A stretch of 64,000 bases of DNA from sequence record MZ501074; one strand, given 5' to 3'. The translations under genes and the position numbers were made by a program. The notes beneath the pieces were generated by a model. That model did no database searches, was not told the origin of the DNA, and worked only from the letters and a program-made list of their open reading frames with translations. The stretch is from Escherichia phage HildyBeyeler. How positions within the stretch are numbered: position 1 is the first letter of the stretch; each line of letters starts with the position of its first letter. Of the stretch, positions 18,636-27,155 are shown in pieces.

Positions 18636-19457
18636 ATGGGTAAATTACAAAAACAAATACTACCATATATAGATTATATCCGAGAAATTATAGAGTATAA
18701 TCCCTATACTGGTAAATTATTCTATAAGCCTAATAAATATAAGAATAAAACTTGGCATACTTTATATGCTGGGAGAGAAATATGTAGTAAGAACTCTGAT
18801 GGGTACATCAGAGTTAGTTTGCTCTTAGATAATAAACCCACAATTATTTATGGACACCGAATAGCGTGGCTCCTTCACTATGGGGAGGAACCACCTGCTA
18901 TGATTGATCATATAAATACTATACCGTGGGATAATAGAATTATTAACCTAAGAGAGACAAATTTTAAGTTAAACAGACTTAATACTAACAAAACGGTAGG
19001 TGTAGAGCTGCTGCCAGAAGGATTTGTGTACAGCATTACATTAGGTGAAAAGTTTTTTGTATCCCCCGGCTTCCCCACTTTCGAACAAGCTAAAGTGGAA
19101 AGAGAAAAACTAGTAAATGGTTTATGTAATGCAGAAATTGGGAAGCAGACCAATATTCTAATAGACGATGTTAGAGATTTACCTGAAATGTCCATTATTT
19201 GTCGTACAGTTATAGGTGCGCTGGAACTATCAGATGTGTTTAGTTTCACAGGATCCTATTTATTTATGGACTCAGATTTAGGAGATTCAGAGGTACAAGG
19301 AAAAGATTTATTAGATCATATACTATTATTAGGTCAAAGACCCCTAAAAGTGATTCTAGTAACATCTAATCCTGTTGACGCAGAGTACATGAGAGGTACT
19401 CTTACGTCTTATGGATACCGAGAAAATCCCAATAGATTAGAATATGATCTATTTTAA
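18636..19457 (+). CDS. HNH homing endonuclease
   Basis: GHRIAWLLHYGEEPPAMIDHIN...NLRETN HNH signature. Confidence 0.7.
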   Translation: MGKLQKQILPYIDYIREIIEYNPYTGKLFYKPNKYKNKTWHTLYAGREICSKNSDGYIRVSLLLDNKPTIIYGHRIAWLLHYGEEPPAMIDHINTIPWDNRIINLRETNFKLNRLNTNKTVGVELLPEGFVYSITLGEKFFVSPGFPTFEQAKVEREKLVNGLCNAEIGKQTNILIDDVRDLPEMSIICRTVIGALELSDVFSFTGSYLFMDSDLGDSEVQGKDLLDHILLLGQRPLKVILVTSNPVDAEYMRGTLTSYGYRENPNRLEYDLF

Positions 19458-19469
19458 GGAGTAAAAAGA

Positions 19470-19919
19470 ATGAAGGCAGCTTTGCTTTTAGTAGCTGCCC
19501 TTACCTTCAGCTTCAATAGTCATGCGACCTACGACTCAAAGCAGATTGATTGCATTGCAAAAAATATCTACTTCGAAGCACGAGGTGAGGGCATAAAGGG
19601 AATGACGGCGATTGCACACGTTACTAAAAACCGTGTTAACTCTGGTACTTTTCCTGATTCTTACTGTAAAGTAGTATATCAGTCTAACCAGTTCTCTTGG
19701 GTATCTAAGAGACCAAAAGTTGATAAAACTGATGAGGCTTGGAAAACCGCCAAGAATTTAGCTAGAGTGATATACTACGTTGATTCACCACAAGATCCTA
19801 CACATGGAGCGTTATACTTCCATAGTGGTAAAGATAAACCGCGCTGGACAAAGAAGTTTAAGAAAACAACTAAGATTGAGGGACATACATTTTATAAGCC
19901 TGTTGTCACTAAAACTTAA
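19470..19919 (+). CDS. secreted SleB/CwlJ-like cell-wall hydrolase
   Basis: Signal peptide then NIYFEARGE...AIAHVTKNR...CKVVYQSNQFSW motif. Confidence 0.5.
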   Translation: MKAALLLVAALTFSFNSHATYDSKQIDCIAKNIYFEARGEGIKGMTAIAHVTKNRVNSGTFPDSYCKVVYQSNQFSWVSKRPKVDKTDEAWKTAKNLARVIYYVDSPQDPTHGALYFHSGKDKPRWTKKFKKTTKIEGHTFYKPVVTKT

Positions 19920-19927
19920 AAATTTAT

Positions 19928-19956
19928 TTGCTTAAATACTTAAACTTCTGTATAAT
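19928..19956 (+). promoter_or_regulatory. sigma70-type promoter
   Basis: TTGCTT-17-TATAAT. Confidence 0.6.
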
Positions 19957-19987
19957 ACTTTCATAAATTAATGAGAGGAAGCGAAAT

Positions 19988-20158
19988 ATGAAAAACTTGA
20001 TCGTCATTGGTGTTAACACTCGCGGTATTCGTACTACGAAAACTGTTAAAACTTCTAACGTTGCTGAGATCACTACGAACCCTAAAAAGTTTGATTTCGC
20101 CAAAGTCTCAGCAGTTATGACAGAACAATCTTTTAACCAAGCGTTAGGAATGAAATAA
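19988..20158 (+). CDS. hypothetical small protein (56 aa)
   Basis: Not in ORF track (under 60 aa); GAGAGGAAG RBS; stop overlaps next ATG as TAATG. Confidence 0.45.
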   Translation: MKNLIVIGVNTRGIRTTKTVKTSNVAEITTNPKKFDFAKVSAVMTEQSFNQALGMK

Positions 20159-20601
20159 TGGGAGAGAATATTTTAGATGTTTTGCGTAGAGCTTTGCAGG
20201 ATTCTAAGTTTAATGGTTCTGATAAAGAAGTCGCTAAAAGCTATCAGACCATAATCGGGGATCTTCAGCGTATTGATAAAGATTTCATCACTTCTGAACA
20301 ATTTGTGTCTTATCTCAAAGCTCAACTAAAAAGCATTAACCAGATGAAAGCTAAACTTCATGGTCAAGATCTTGATAGTTATAGCTTGCAGTCCGCTCAG
20401 TATGAATACATTCTAAATAAGTGGTTGCAGGAGTATCTGCCTCCTCAGTTATCTGATACTGAGATTCGTAAATACTTTGCAGAATTAGTTAAGCTAAACC
20501 CTGGAATTACAAAAGGTATGCTGATGAAAGCGATTAAGGAAGAATTTCCTGGGCGTTATGATGGTGGTACTGCTGCTCAGATTGCTGGCGAATTTAATTA
20601 A
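20158..20601 (+). CDS. hypothetical protein
   Basis: ORF track. Confidence 0.5.
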   Translation: MGENILDVLRRALQDSKFNGSDKEVAKSYQTIIGDLQRIDKDFITSEQFVSYLKAQLKSINQMKAKLHGQDLDSYSLQSAQYEYILNKWLQEYLPPQLSDTEIRKYFAELVKLNPGITKGMLMKAIKEEFPGRYDGGTAAQIAGEFN

Positions 20602-20609
20602 AAATTTAT

Positions 20610-20638
20610 TTGCTAAATGCCTATAAATTCTGTATAAT
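20610..20638 (+). promoter_or_regulatory. sigma70-type promoter
   Basis: TTGCTA-17-TATAAT; drives ORF-free region. Confidence 0.55.
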
Positions 20639-20861
20639 ATATTAATAAATTAGAGAACAGCGGGCCGATTACGCTGAGTGCAGAATCCAAACCGGAGTGC
20701 ATTGAATAGAGTCGGTGGGTTAGTTGTAAAACTAGTACACAGTGGGCGGCAATCCCGGTTAGTGGCTAGAACGTGTAAAATGGGGCGTCTGAAACCTCTC
20801 CCCTAAACTCTTCTCTAGTTTATAAATAGTGGGGTGTGGAAATCACTTATGTAGTAACACT

Positions 20862-20933
20862 GCCGATCTAGTATAAACGGTATTATCAAGCCGTAACTGG
20901 TGGAAGATGTAGGTTCGAATCCTACGATCGGTA
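20862..20933 (+). ncRNA. tRNA-like element (acceptor plus canonical T-arm, poor anticodon arm)
   Basis: GCCGATC/GATCGGT acceptor pairing and GTAGG-TTCGAAT-CCTAC T-arm. Confidence 0.3.
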
Positions 20934-21434
20934 AGAACTGGATAACTGGTGCTTTTAACGTAAAAGCTTCCGAGGTTAGTTGCGCACTGCCTAAACCACG
21001 CGGTAGTTGGTTCCAGACTAACCAACCAGTCTGCTGAATAGTTTTATTACGATTTAACTATGTCCAGGCTAAAGAAGAACTTTAGAAGGTATTCTAGGTG
21101 GTGAAGTTTTTCCTCCATATCGGAGTAGTTTTTCAAGCTACCAACAAAGTGGGAAATGCTGACATGAGAGATGTCACTAATGGTGCACAATAGCACAGGT
21201 AATTCGCGATAACTCCTGTTGAGTAGCAGCAAAAGGCGGGAAGTCATGACCCCAAGCCTAACCGAGTCCTCAATATACCGCAGGACATAACCACTAAGTC
21301 ACCCTGACTTAAACTGGAAAATAATAGACGTTACTGTATTTTGTCTTGAAATACTTAATGAGTGAGACTTATGACTCTCCCGGTATCGTCTGTATTTTTA
21401 AGAGTTTTTACGAGAGTTCTTAAAAATACTTAAA

Positions 21435-21509
21435 CGGGGTGTAGTCTAAGGGAGAGGCAGGAGTCTTCTAAATTCCTTTATGCAGGTTCGAATCCTGTCA
21501 CCTCGGCCA
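21435..21509 (+). tRNA. tRNA-Arg (anticodon TCT)
   Basis: Hand-folded cloverleaf; 7-bp acceptor, loop CTTCTAA, T-loop TTCGAAT, encoded CCA. Confidence 0.7.
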
Positions 21510-21543
21510 ATTTTATTAACTGTAACTAAAACAAAGGAAATAT

Positions 21544-22491
21544 ATGTTTAATACTAAAAATATGAAAGAACTGACTTCTGAGCAAAAAGTAATTCGCACT
21601 ATTAAACGTTGGGGTATTGGTTCTGTAGTTGGTTTAGCAGGTTTAATCCTAGCTTTTAATTCATATACTATTGTTTCTGATGGTACAGTTAAAACCCAAA
21701 CATTTCTGGGTAAAGTAGATCCTAACCCAGTATTACCTGGTTTCCATCTTGTAAACCCATTTGCATCTTTCGATACTTTTAGTACAAAAGATATTGCTGT
21801 AAAATTAGATAAACTTCAGGTTCCTAGCCAGGATAAGTTTAAATCCACTGTTGACCTGACTGTTATGTTGCAGTTTGATGGTTCTAAGGCACCGATCAAC
21901 CGTATTAATGCAGGTACTCAGGATCAGGCGTTAGACAAATATGTTACTGAAAAATTACTGTCTACCATCCGTGAGTTTGGTAAGTCTGTACCTAAAGCAC
22001 AAGATTTGTTTGATGCTAAAATTCAAGCACAATTACAAACTGCAATTCAACAGGAAGTTGAAGAGTATGCACGCCCTTATGGTTACACAGTTAAGCAAGT
22101 GTTCCTTCAGGATATTACATTGCCACCGGTAATTATGGAACAGGTACAGAATACCAAAGTTCGTGAAGAACAAGTTAATGCTGCGAAAGCTGAATTGGCT
22201 CGTGTTGAACAAGAAGCACAGCAGAAGGTTAAACAAGCAGAAGCAGATCGTGAAGCTCGTAACAACCAAGCTATTGCAAACGAACGTGATGCAGATGCTA
22301 AACTGTATGCAGCTAAGAAAGAAGCCGAAGCTAACGCCGCTCTGCAACGTACTATTACTCCTGAGATGATTCGCTGGAAACAACTAGAAGTTGAAATGAC
22401 TCGTGCTCAGAAGTATCAAGGTGGTGTGCCTCAGACTGTAGTAGGTACTGGTTACGATGGTCAAATGATCATGGATATGCGTAACAAGTAA
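21544..22491 (+). CDS. SPFH/Band-7 (prohibitin-like) membrane protein
   Basis: N-terminal TM helix, Band-7-like core, long A/E/Q-rich coiled coil. Confidence 0.6.
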   Translation: MFNTKNMKELTSEQKVIRTIKRWGIGSVVGLAGLILAFNSYTIVSDGTVKTQTFLGKVDPNPVLPGFHLVNPFASFDTFSTKDIAVKLDKLQVPSQDKFKSTVDLTVMLQFDGSKAPINRINAGTQDQALDKYVTEKLLSTIREFGKSVPKAQDLFDAKIQAQLQTAIQQEVEEYARPYGYTVKQVFLQDITLPPVIMEQVQNTKVREEQVNAAKAELARVEQEAQQKVKQAEADREARNNQAIANERDADAKLYAAKKEAEANAALQRTITPEMIRWKQLEVEMTRAQKYQGGVPQTVVGTGYDGQMIMDMRNK

Positions 22492-22515
22492 TAGTTACAC
22501 GTAATCTTCGAAGTA

Positions 22516-22556
22516 AGCCCTGTGTTCCCTGGAGAGCGCAGGGCTTTTCTGTTTTA
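22516..22556 (+). terminator. rho-independent terminator
   Basis: AGCCCTG...CAGGGCT stem followed by TTTTCTGTTTT. Confidence 0.65.
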
Positions 22557-22717
22557 AGGTAGAGGATAAGTGTGTCTCTTTGGTCACTCAGCTATGACAA
22601 ATACTTTACACTATATCACATTGAAAATCAAGTGGGGATAACAATTTTGGGGTCTATCCACTTACCTGCTACCCTTAAGCATCCTGTTATTTTCCTCTAA
22701 AAAGTTAAAAAATTCAA

Positions 22718-22746
22718 TTGCTTGAATGCTAAATTCTCTGTATAAT
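22718..22746 (+). promoter_or_regulatory. sigma70-type promoter
   Basis: TTGCTT-17-TATAAT. Confidence 0.6.
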
Positions 22747-22778
22747 ATACTTATAAATTTGAGAGAGAGGAATCTAGT

Positions 22779-23297
22779 ATGACTGTTGATGAACTAACAG
22801 AACATCTCTTATCTAGAGGGTTTGATACAGATAAGTATCATTGCTGGTTAAGTCCGGAAGGATGGCTAACAGTCCCGTTGTATGACTTCTCTGGGATGTT
22901 GAGAGGCTATCAGACTTATAATCCTTCTGCTCCAAAAGGTCATGGTAAGTGCCCCTTTGAAGCTAAATATTTTACTTATTCAACTACACAGTGTGTATGG
23001 GGATTAGAAACTCTCAATGGAGATGAAAAAGTAGTATTGATTGCTGAATCTGTATTTAAGGCAGTTGCGTTACATAACGCTGGTTATCCAGCCCTGGCAA
23101 TGTTGGGTTCTTCCCCCGGAAAAGCATTGTTAAAGCAATTGAAATTATTACCTTTTAAATTGGTAGCTGTCGGAGATAATGATCCTGCGGGTGAAAAATT
23201 TGCTAGAAAATTAAACGGCTTTGTTTCTCCTGTAGATGTAGATGAGATGTCTACCGAAAACTTGAAAAATTTTCTTGCTATGAAGCTAAATTTCTAA
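22779..23297 (+). CDS. Toprim-domain protein
   Basis: VVLIAES (Glu) and VGDNDPAGE (DxD) Toprim motifs. Confidence 0.45.
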   Translation: MTVDELTEHLLSRGFDTDKYHCWLSPEGWLTVPLYDFSGMLRGYQTYNPSAPKGHGKCPFEAKYFTYSTTQCVWGLETLNGDEKVVLIAESVFKAVALHNAGYPALAMLGSSPGKALLKQLKLLPFKLVAVGDNDPAGEKFARKLNGFVSPVDVDEMSTENLKNFLAMKLNF

Positions 23298-23303
23298 TAT
23301 AAT
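23275..23303 (+). promoter_or_regulatory. sigma70-type promoter embedded in 3-prime end of CDS
   Basis: TTGCTA-17-TATAAT directly upstream of tRNA-Ser. Confidence 0.5.
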
Positions 23304-23317
23304 ATATTTATAAATTC

Positions 23318-23406
23318 GGAAGAATAGCATAACGGTATTGCAGCAGATTGCTAATCTGTCGGTTTGAAATATAGCCTTGTGGGTTCGATTCCCACTTCTT
23401 CCGCCA
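23318..23406 (+). tRNA. tRNA-Ser (anticodon GCT), class II
   Basis: GGAAGAA/TTCTTCC acceptor, loop TTGCTAA, long variable arm, T-loop TTCGATT, CCA. Confidence 0.7.
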
Positions 23407-23412
23407 AATTCT

Positions 23413-23490
23413 GGTTCTCAAGCTCATATGGTATGAGCACCCAGCTCATAACTGGAAGGTACGTAGGTTCGAATCCTCGGGGAGCCACCA
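23413..23490 (+). tRNA. tRNA with CAT anticodon (Met or Ile2)
   Basis: Acceptor with two GU pairs, D-arm GCTC/GAGC, loop CTCATAA, CCA. Confidence 0.5.
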
Positions 23491-23509
23491 AATTAAATAA
23501 GGACAACTA

Positions 23510-23698
23510 ATGGAATTATTCATAGTTTCTGTTAAATTTGCACAAGATAGAGAACGTTCGGATGAGTTTAAACAAGGGTACAGACTAGTAAAGGCTACAT
23601 CTGAACTCCATGCTATGGACAAAGTAGTAGACTATATGTATAATGTAGAAGATGTTTACTACGTCAATGCTTTAGAAGCCTCAAAAGTAATTGACTAA
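23510..23698 (+). CDS. hypothetical small protein
   Basis: ORF track; AAGGA RBS. Confidence 0.4.
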   Translation: MELFIVSVKFAQDRERSDEFKQGYRLVKATSELHAMDKVVDYMYNVEDVYYVNALEASKVID

Positions 23699-23707
23699 GG
23701 AGACTAT

Positions 23708-23893
23708 ATGTCTAAGTTTCAAGAACTCAAGCAAGAGCTAGAAGAATGTGCCTGCCCTGAGTGTAGAGGAATTGGTGAAAGTTCTGATGCAGAAGCAGTG
23801 GATACTTTTTGCAATATCTGGGTTTGCCCAAATTGCAAGGGTACAGGTATTAATCCTAACTGTGGTATTTCTCTAGATATTGAAAGAGGATAA
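23708..23893 (+). CDS. small zinc-finger protein with two DnaJ-type CxxCxGxG motifs
   Basis: CPECRGIG and CPNCKGTG in 61 aa. Confidence 0.45.
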   Translation: MSKFQELKQELEECACPECRGIGESSDAEAVDTFCNIWVCPNCKGTGINPNCGISLDIERG

Positions 23894-23993
23894 TACCTGT
23901 GAAACTAAAAGATTATTATATTGGTTGGTTTGTGGGACTAGTAGTAGGATTTTCACTAGGCTATAATATGTATCAACTAATAAACTGATTACA

Positions 23994-24070
23994 TGGGGGT
24001 GTAATCGAATTGGCATAGGTACTGTACTTAAAATTCAGGTTTTGTGGGTTCGAATCCCACCACCCCTACC
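23994..24070 (+). tRNA. tRNA, anticodon read as TAA (Leu-like) but class I architecture
   Basis: Acceptor GGGGGTG/CACCCCT, T-arm GTGGG-TTCGAAT-CCCAC, CCA; loop CTTAAAA. Confidence 0.45.
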
Positions 24071-24246
24071 AAATTAAGGAAATAAGATGTATAGACATCC
24101 ACCTCCGCCAACACGTCGTTCTAGAGAAGTTATTCTCATGGAATTGACGAAAAACTTCAAGGCAACCCTTGAGGATAGAGACTTAGGTACAGATGAAGAC
24201 GTTGATTTTATCTGTAAACTATTAAAAATGAAACTGGAGAAGCAAC

Positions 24247-24453
24247 ATGGCTAATCCTGAAATTACCATGCAACGACTCATGACTAAAGGTATGATATCC
24301 GAGGCAGGCATTGAACAAGAAGTAAAAAGTTATTACGAACAGATTAAGGGTATTATAGACTCTGCTAAAAACACAGGAGAAAAAGAACACGGTGCAGCAA
24401 TTATGGCTATAACTCTTATTAGTCTAGACTTGGCAGAAGAATCTGGAGTTTAG
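24247..24453 (+). CDS. hypothetical protein
   Basis: ORF track. Confidence 0.4.
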   Translation: MANPEITMQRLMTKGMISEAGIEQEVKSYYEQIKGIIDSAKNTGEKEHGAAIMAITLISLDLAEESGV

Positions 24454-24543
24454 CTCCTCCAAACAGAATTTTTAAAAATGTACTTGCCTTTTGCTTTAAA
24501 TTTCTGGTATAATAGTTATATAAATTGATGAAGGAGTTAACGA

Positions 24544-24819
24544 ATGCAAAATCGTGTTATAGCAACTGGTATTGAAAGTGCAATCTGTAAATCCTGGGAA
24601 GGCTGGGAAGGTGAGATTGAATGGCTTTATTTCTACGATGTAGAACTTCTGCCGGAAATTAAAGCTAAATGTGTTGAAGCTGGCATGGCTCCAGATGCAA
24701 AAGCTGATATTGATATTTCAATGTCTGAACTTAAAGGTCGTGTAGTTACCGTTAGTAATGAGGGCGAAGAAGTTTTTGAACTTCCGTTCTCCTTAGCTGT
24801 CACTCCTAAGTTCGACTAA
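24544..24819 (+). CDS. hypothetical protein
   Basis: ORF track; AAGGAG RBS. Confidence 0.45.
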   Translation: MQNRVIATGIESAICKSWEGWEGEIEWLYFYDVELLPEIKAKCVEAGMAPDAKADIDISMSELKGRVVTVSNEGEEVFELPFSLAVTPKFD

Positions 24820-24828
24820 CTAATACAG

Positions 24829-24866
24829 CACTGAGCAAGTCCTTTAAAATTTGACTTGCTCAGTGC
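24829..24866 (+). terminator. perfect 14-bp hairpin overlapping next promoter
   Basis: GCACTGAGCAAGTC...GACTTGCTCAGTGC; downstream TTGCTC-17-TATAAT. Confidence 0.5.
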
Positions 24867-25018
24867 CTTAAAACTTGGTATAATAGTTATCTAATTTGGA
24901 AAGTTCTTTTTAAGGTAGTTCTTACTTTAGCAGAGTAAACTTTCGGCAGATGGTGGCAGCCACTTTACCGATATTCCATAGTCAGTGCCGCAAACACTGG
25001 CTACCTTAAAGAGAATTT

Positions 25019-25106
25019 GGGCGTTTATTCCGTAAGTGGTAGCGGAGGGGATTGTAAATCCCTGGTCATTGCGACTCGAGTGGTTCGACTCCATTAACGC
25101 CCACCA
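25019..25106 (+). tRNA. tRNA-Tyr (anticodon GTA), class II
   Basis: GGGCGTT/AACGCCC acceptor, loop TTGTAAA, long variable arm, CCA. Confidence 0.65.
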
Positions 25107-25114
25107 AATTTAAT

Positions 25115-25189
25115 GCACCTATCGTCTAATGGCTAGGACATCAGGATTTCAATCTGAGAATCGGAGTTCAATTCTCCGTGGGTGTACCA
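25115..25189 (+). tRNA. tRNA-Glu (anticodon TTC)
   Basis: Loop ATTTCAA, T-arm CGGAG-TTCAATT-CTCCG, CCA. Confidence 0.6.
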
Positions 25190-25198
25190 ATTTCTGCA

Positions 25199-25274
25199 TT
25201 CCTAGAGTGTTACTGGACAGCATGTCGGTCTCCAAAACCGTACGGTCTAGGTTCGAGTCCTAGTAGGTTTGCCA
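25199..25274 (+). tRNA. possible tRNA-Trp (CCA anticodon loop CTCCAAA); acceptor pairing unresolved
   Basis: T-arm CTAGG-TTCGAGT-CCTAG and 3-prime GCCA; 5-prime acceptor not found by hand. Confidence 0.3.
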
Positions 25275-25280
25275 AAATTT

Positions 25281-25355
25281 GCACCTTTAGCTGAGATGGA
25301 TTAGCGCTTGCCTGAAGAGCTTGAGAGGTTGGATCGTTACCAACGGGGTGCACCA
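25281..25355 (+). tRNA. tRNA, anticodon uncertain (GAA or CTG)
   Basis: GCACCTT/GGGGTGC acceptor, unusual T-loop ATCGTTA, CCA. Confidence 0.45.
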
Positions 25356-25372
25356 AATTGAAGGAGCTGCTG

Positions 25373-25645
25373 ATGCATCCTGAAAACTTCTTTATTTACT
25401 GCGCGGATAAGTCGCTGAAACGTAGAATTAACAAAGTCTATCATTATCGTGCTAGTCAACAGCCTTATGTATACGCTTTTGACGGTGATCACATTCCACT
25501 AGAACAATTATCTTGTGATTACATGATATTGAAGAACTTTGACGAGACGAAGATCTCAAGCGTTTATAATCGACAGAATCCATTAACGTGGAAATATAAG
25601 AAGAAAAAGAAAGGCATCAAATTCTTAAAAAATATAGTTGCTTAG
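25373..25645 (+). CDS. hypothetical protein
   Basis: ATG 25373 with AAGGAG RBS (track start 25358 is TTG). Confidence 0.4.
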   Translation: MHPENFFIYCADKSLKRRINKVYHYRASQQPYVYAFDGDHIPLEQLSCDYMILKNFDETKISSVYNRQNPLTWKYKKKKKGIKFLKNIVA

Positions 25646-25666
25646 TTTCCAAAAGTTCTGTATAAT
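25638..25666 (+). promoter_or_regulatory. sigma70-type promoter
   Basis: TTGCTT-17-TATAAT. Confidence 0.6.
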
Positions 25667-25714
25667 AATTACATAAATTGAACTGGAGAAGCAACATGAT
25701 AGAACAAGATAAAT

Positions 25715-25790
25715 CGACCGTTGGCTGAATGGCTTAGGCGAAGGATTGCAAATCCTTTTTATGTGAGTTCAAATCTCATGCGGTCGTCCA
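25715..25790 (+). tRNA. tRNA-Cys (anticodon GCA)
   Basis: CGACCGT/GCGGTCG acceptor, anticodon stem AAGGA/TCCTT, loop TTGCAAA, CCA. Confidence 0.7.
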
Positions 25791-25792
25791 AT

Positions 25793-25933
25793 TTGCTGAA
25801 AGAATTGTTAAATCAATTCAGGCACGCGTAGGAACACTGTCTCCGTAATTGAAAGATGAGGCACGGTTTGGAGAGGTATGCCGCTACACGCTACGGTGCT
25901 AACTCCGTCTAGGTGAAAATCCTAGTCAGCAAT
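25793..25933 (+). ncRNA. 141-nt tRNA-like structured RNA candidate
   Basis: Perfect 7-bp terminal pairing TTGCTGA/TCAGCAA, 6-bp hairpin GAATTG/CAATTC, T-arm-like CTAGG-TGAAAAT-CCTAG. Confidence 0.35.
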
Positions 25934-25942
25934 GTAAATTTA

Positions 25943-26028
25943 GGGTCGTTGGCTGAACGGTTTAAGCGCCGGACTGTTAATCCGTATCCGCAAGGATAAA
26001 GTAGGTTCAACTCCTACACGGCCCGCCA
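25943..26028 (+). tRNA. class II tRNA, anticodon loop reads GTT (identity uncertain)
   Basis: GGGTCGT/ACGGCCC acceptor, variable-arm hairpin TATCC-GCAA-GGATA, T-loop TTCAACT, CCA. Confidence 0.5.
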
Positions 26029-26130
26029 AATTCTGTGTAGAGTTAAGTAAACCGGTAGCCAACCAGCTATCATTGCTGACATCGAATTCAGCCACAGATA
26101 CCATTTTCATTAATAACTAAGGAAACAAGC

Positions 26131-26316
26131 ATGTCCAAGAATGTGATTGCGCAGCTAGAAGTTCATCGTGATAGCACTATCAACAATATTAAGTGCCGAC
26201 AAAAAGATATTGAAGCTCAAAAGGCTGATCTTTTAATGAGTATTCGAGAGCTTAATGTACGAAAAGAGTTTCTTAAAGAACTTAATGCAGCTATTGAAAA
26301 ACTCAAAGCTGAGTAA
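26131..26316 (+). CDS. hypothetical small protein
   Basis: ORF track; AAGGAAA RBS. Confidence 0.4.
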   Translation: MSKNVIAQLEVHRDSTINNIKCRQKDIEAQKADLLMSIRELNVRKEFLKELNAAIEKLKAE

Positions 26317-26325
26317 ATGAATTAT

Positions 26326-26402
26326 GCGACCGGGGCTGGCTTGGTAATGGTACTCCCCTGTCACGGGAGGGAATGTGGGTTCAAATCCCATCGGTCGCGC
26401 CA
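26326..26402 (+). tRNA. tRNA-Asp (anticodon GTC)
   Basis: GCGACCG/CGGTCGC acceptor, stem CTCCC/GGGAG, loop CTGTCAC, CCA. Confidence 0.7.
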
Positions 26403-26419
26403 GATAAGGTAGGTTAGCT

Positions 26420-26578
26420 ATGGAACGTAGGGAGTTTACTCCAGAAGAGATAGAGCAGATAAAAGAATCTGCTATGAAAAATGCTAGAATATCTCTGTCA
26501 CTGGAAGGTATCATTATTAGTGATGTAAACTTTGAAAAAATCAAAGCCATAGCTGATGAACTGGAAAAAGTAATTTAA
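26420..26578 (+). CDS. hypothetical small protein (52 aa)
   Basis: Not in ORF track; AAGGTAGG RBS; fills gap between two tRNAs. Confidence 0.35.
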   Translation: MERREFTPEEIEQIKESAMKNARISLSLEGIIISDVNFEKIKAIADELEKVI

Positions 26579-26579
26579 T

Positions 26580-26655
26580 ACATCCATAGCTCAATGGTTA
26601 GAGCTACCGCCTCTTAAGCGGAGGGTTCTAGGTTCAAGTCCTAGTGGGTGTACCA
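26580..26655 (+). tRNA. tRNA-Lys (anticodon CTT)
   Basis: D-arm GCTC-AATGGTTA-GAGC, loop CTCTTAA, T-loop TTCAAGT, CCA. Confidence 0.6.
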
Positions 26656-26685
26656 AACAAACTAAACTAGCACGAGAAATATGCT

Positions 26686-27033
26686 ATGATTAATGCTAAA
26701 GAAGAATTGTTACTTGCCCTAAAGAATACTAATTCTGAAGTTAAGTGTATTAAGATAGAATTCGGTTATTATGGGGACAAAGAAGTTTTGGTATTACCCA
26801 TAGGTTACACAGAAAAAGATATTGAAGATTTTCTAAATAATCTAGACTTTAAATATGATTCTGGTTTCGGTGGACAATTGCTTTATGGTAACGTATGGTT
26901 TACTGATGGAACTTGGTTAGAACGTGGTGAATATGATGGTTCTGAATGGTGGGAATATAAGACTACACCAGCAATTCCAGAGGAATGCCGAACAATTAAT
27001 GGTGAAGTAGATCGTACTTTACTATTAAATTAA
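26686..27033 (+). CDS. hypothetical protein
   Basis: ORF track. Confidence 0.45.
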   Translation: MINAKEELLLALKNTNSEVKCIKIEFGYYGDKEVLVLPIGYTEKDIEDFLNNLDFKYDSGFGGQLLYGNVWFTDGTWLERGEYDGSEWWEYKTTPAIPEECRTINGEVDRTLLLN

Positions 27034-27155
27034 CAAAATCTCAGTGCAGAACACGGAGCTAGCAATTCGGAAATGCTGACTCATGATAAGCTGCCTATGT
27101 ACTTGCGAAGCGGTCGTGTCCAAGACTCGGACTCTTGCACTGAAAACAATCAAAC

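Noticed and set aside
24086-24196. Small ORF after the tRNA at 23994-24070
   Set aside because: On careful reading it terminates after 36 codons; too short and proline-rich to call
26233-26550. Minus-strand ORF overlapping tRNA-Asp
   Set aside because: Overlaps a well-folded tRNA gene and a plus-strand small ORF; similar tRNA-overlapping ORFs rejected at 20843-21025, 21047-21247, 30439-30654 and 30672-30914
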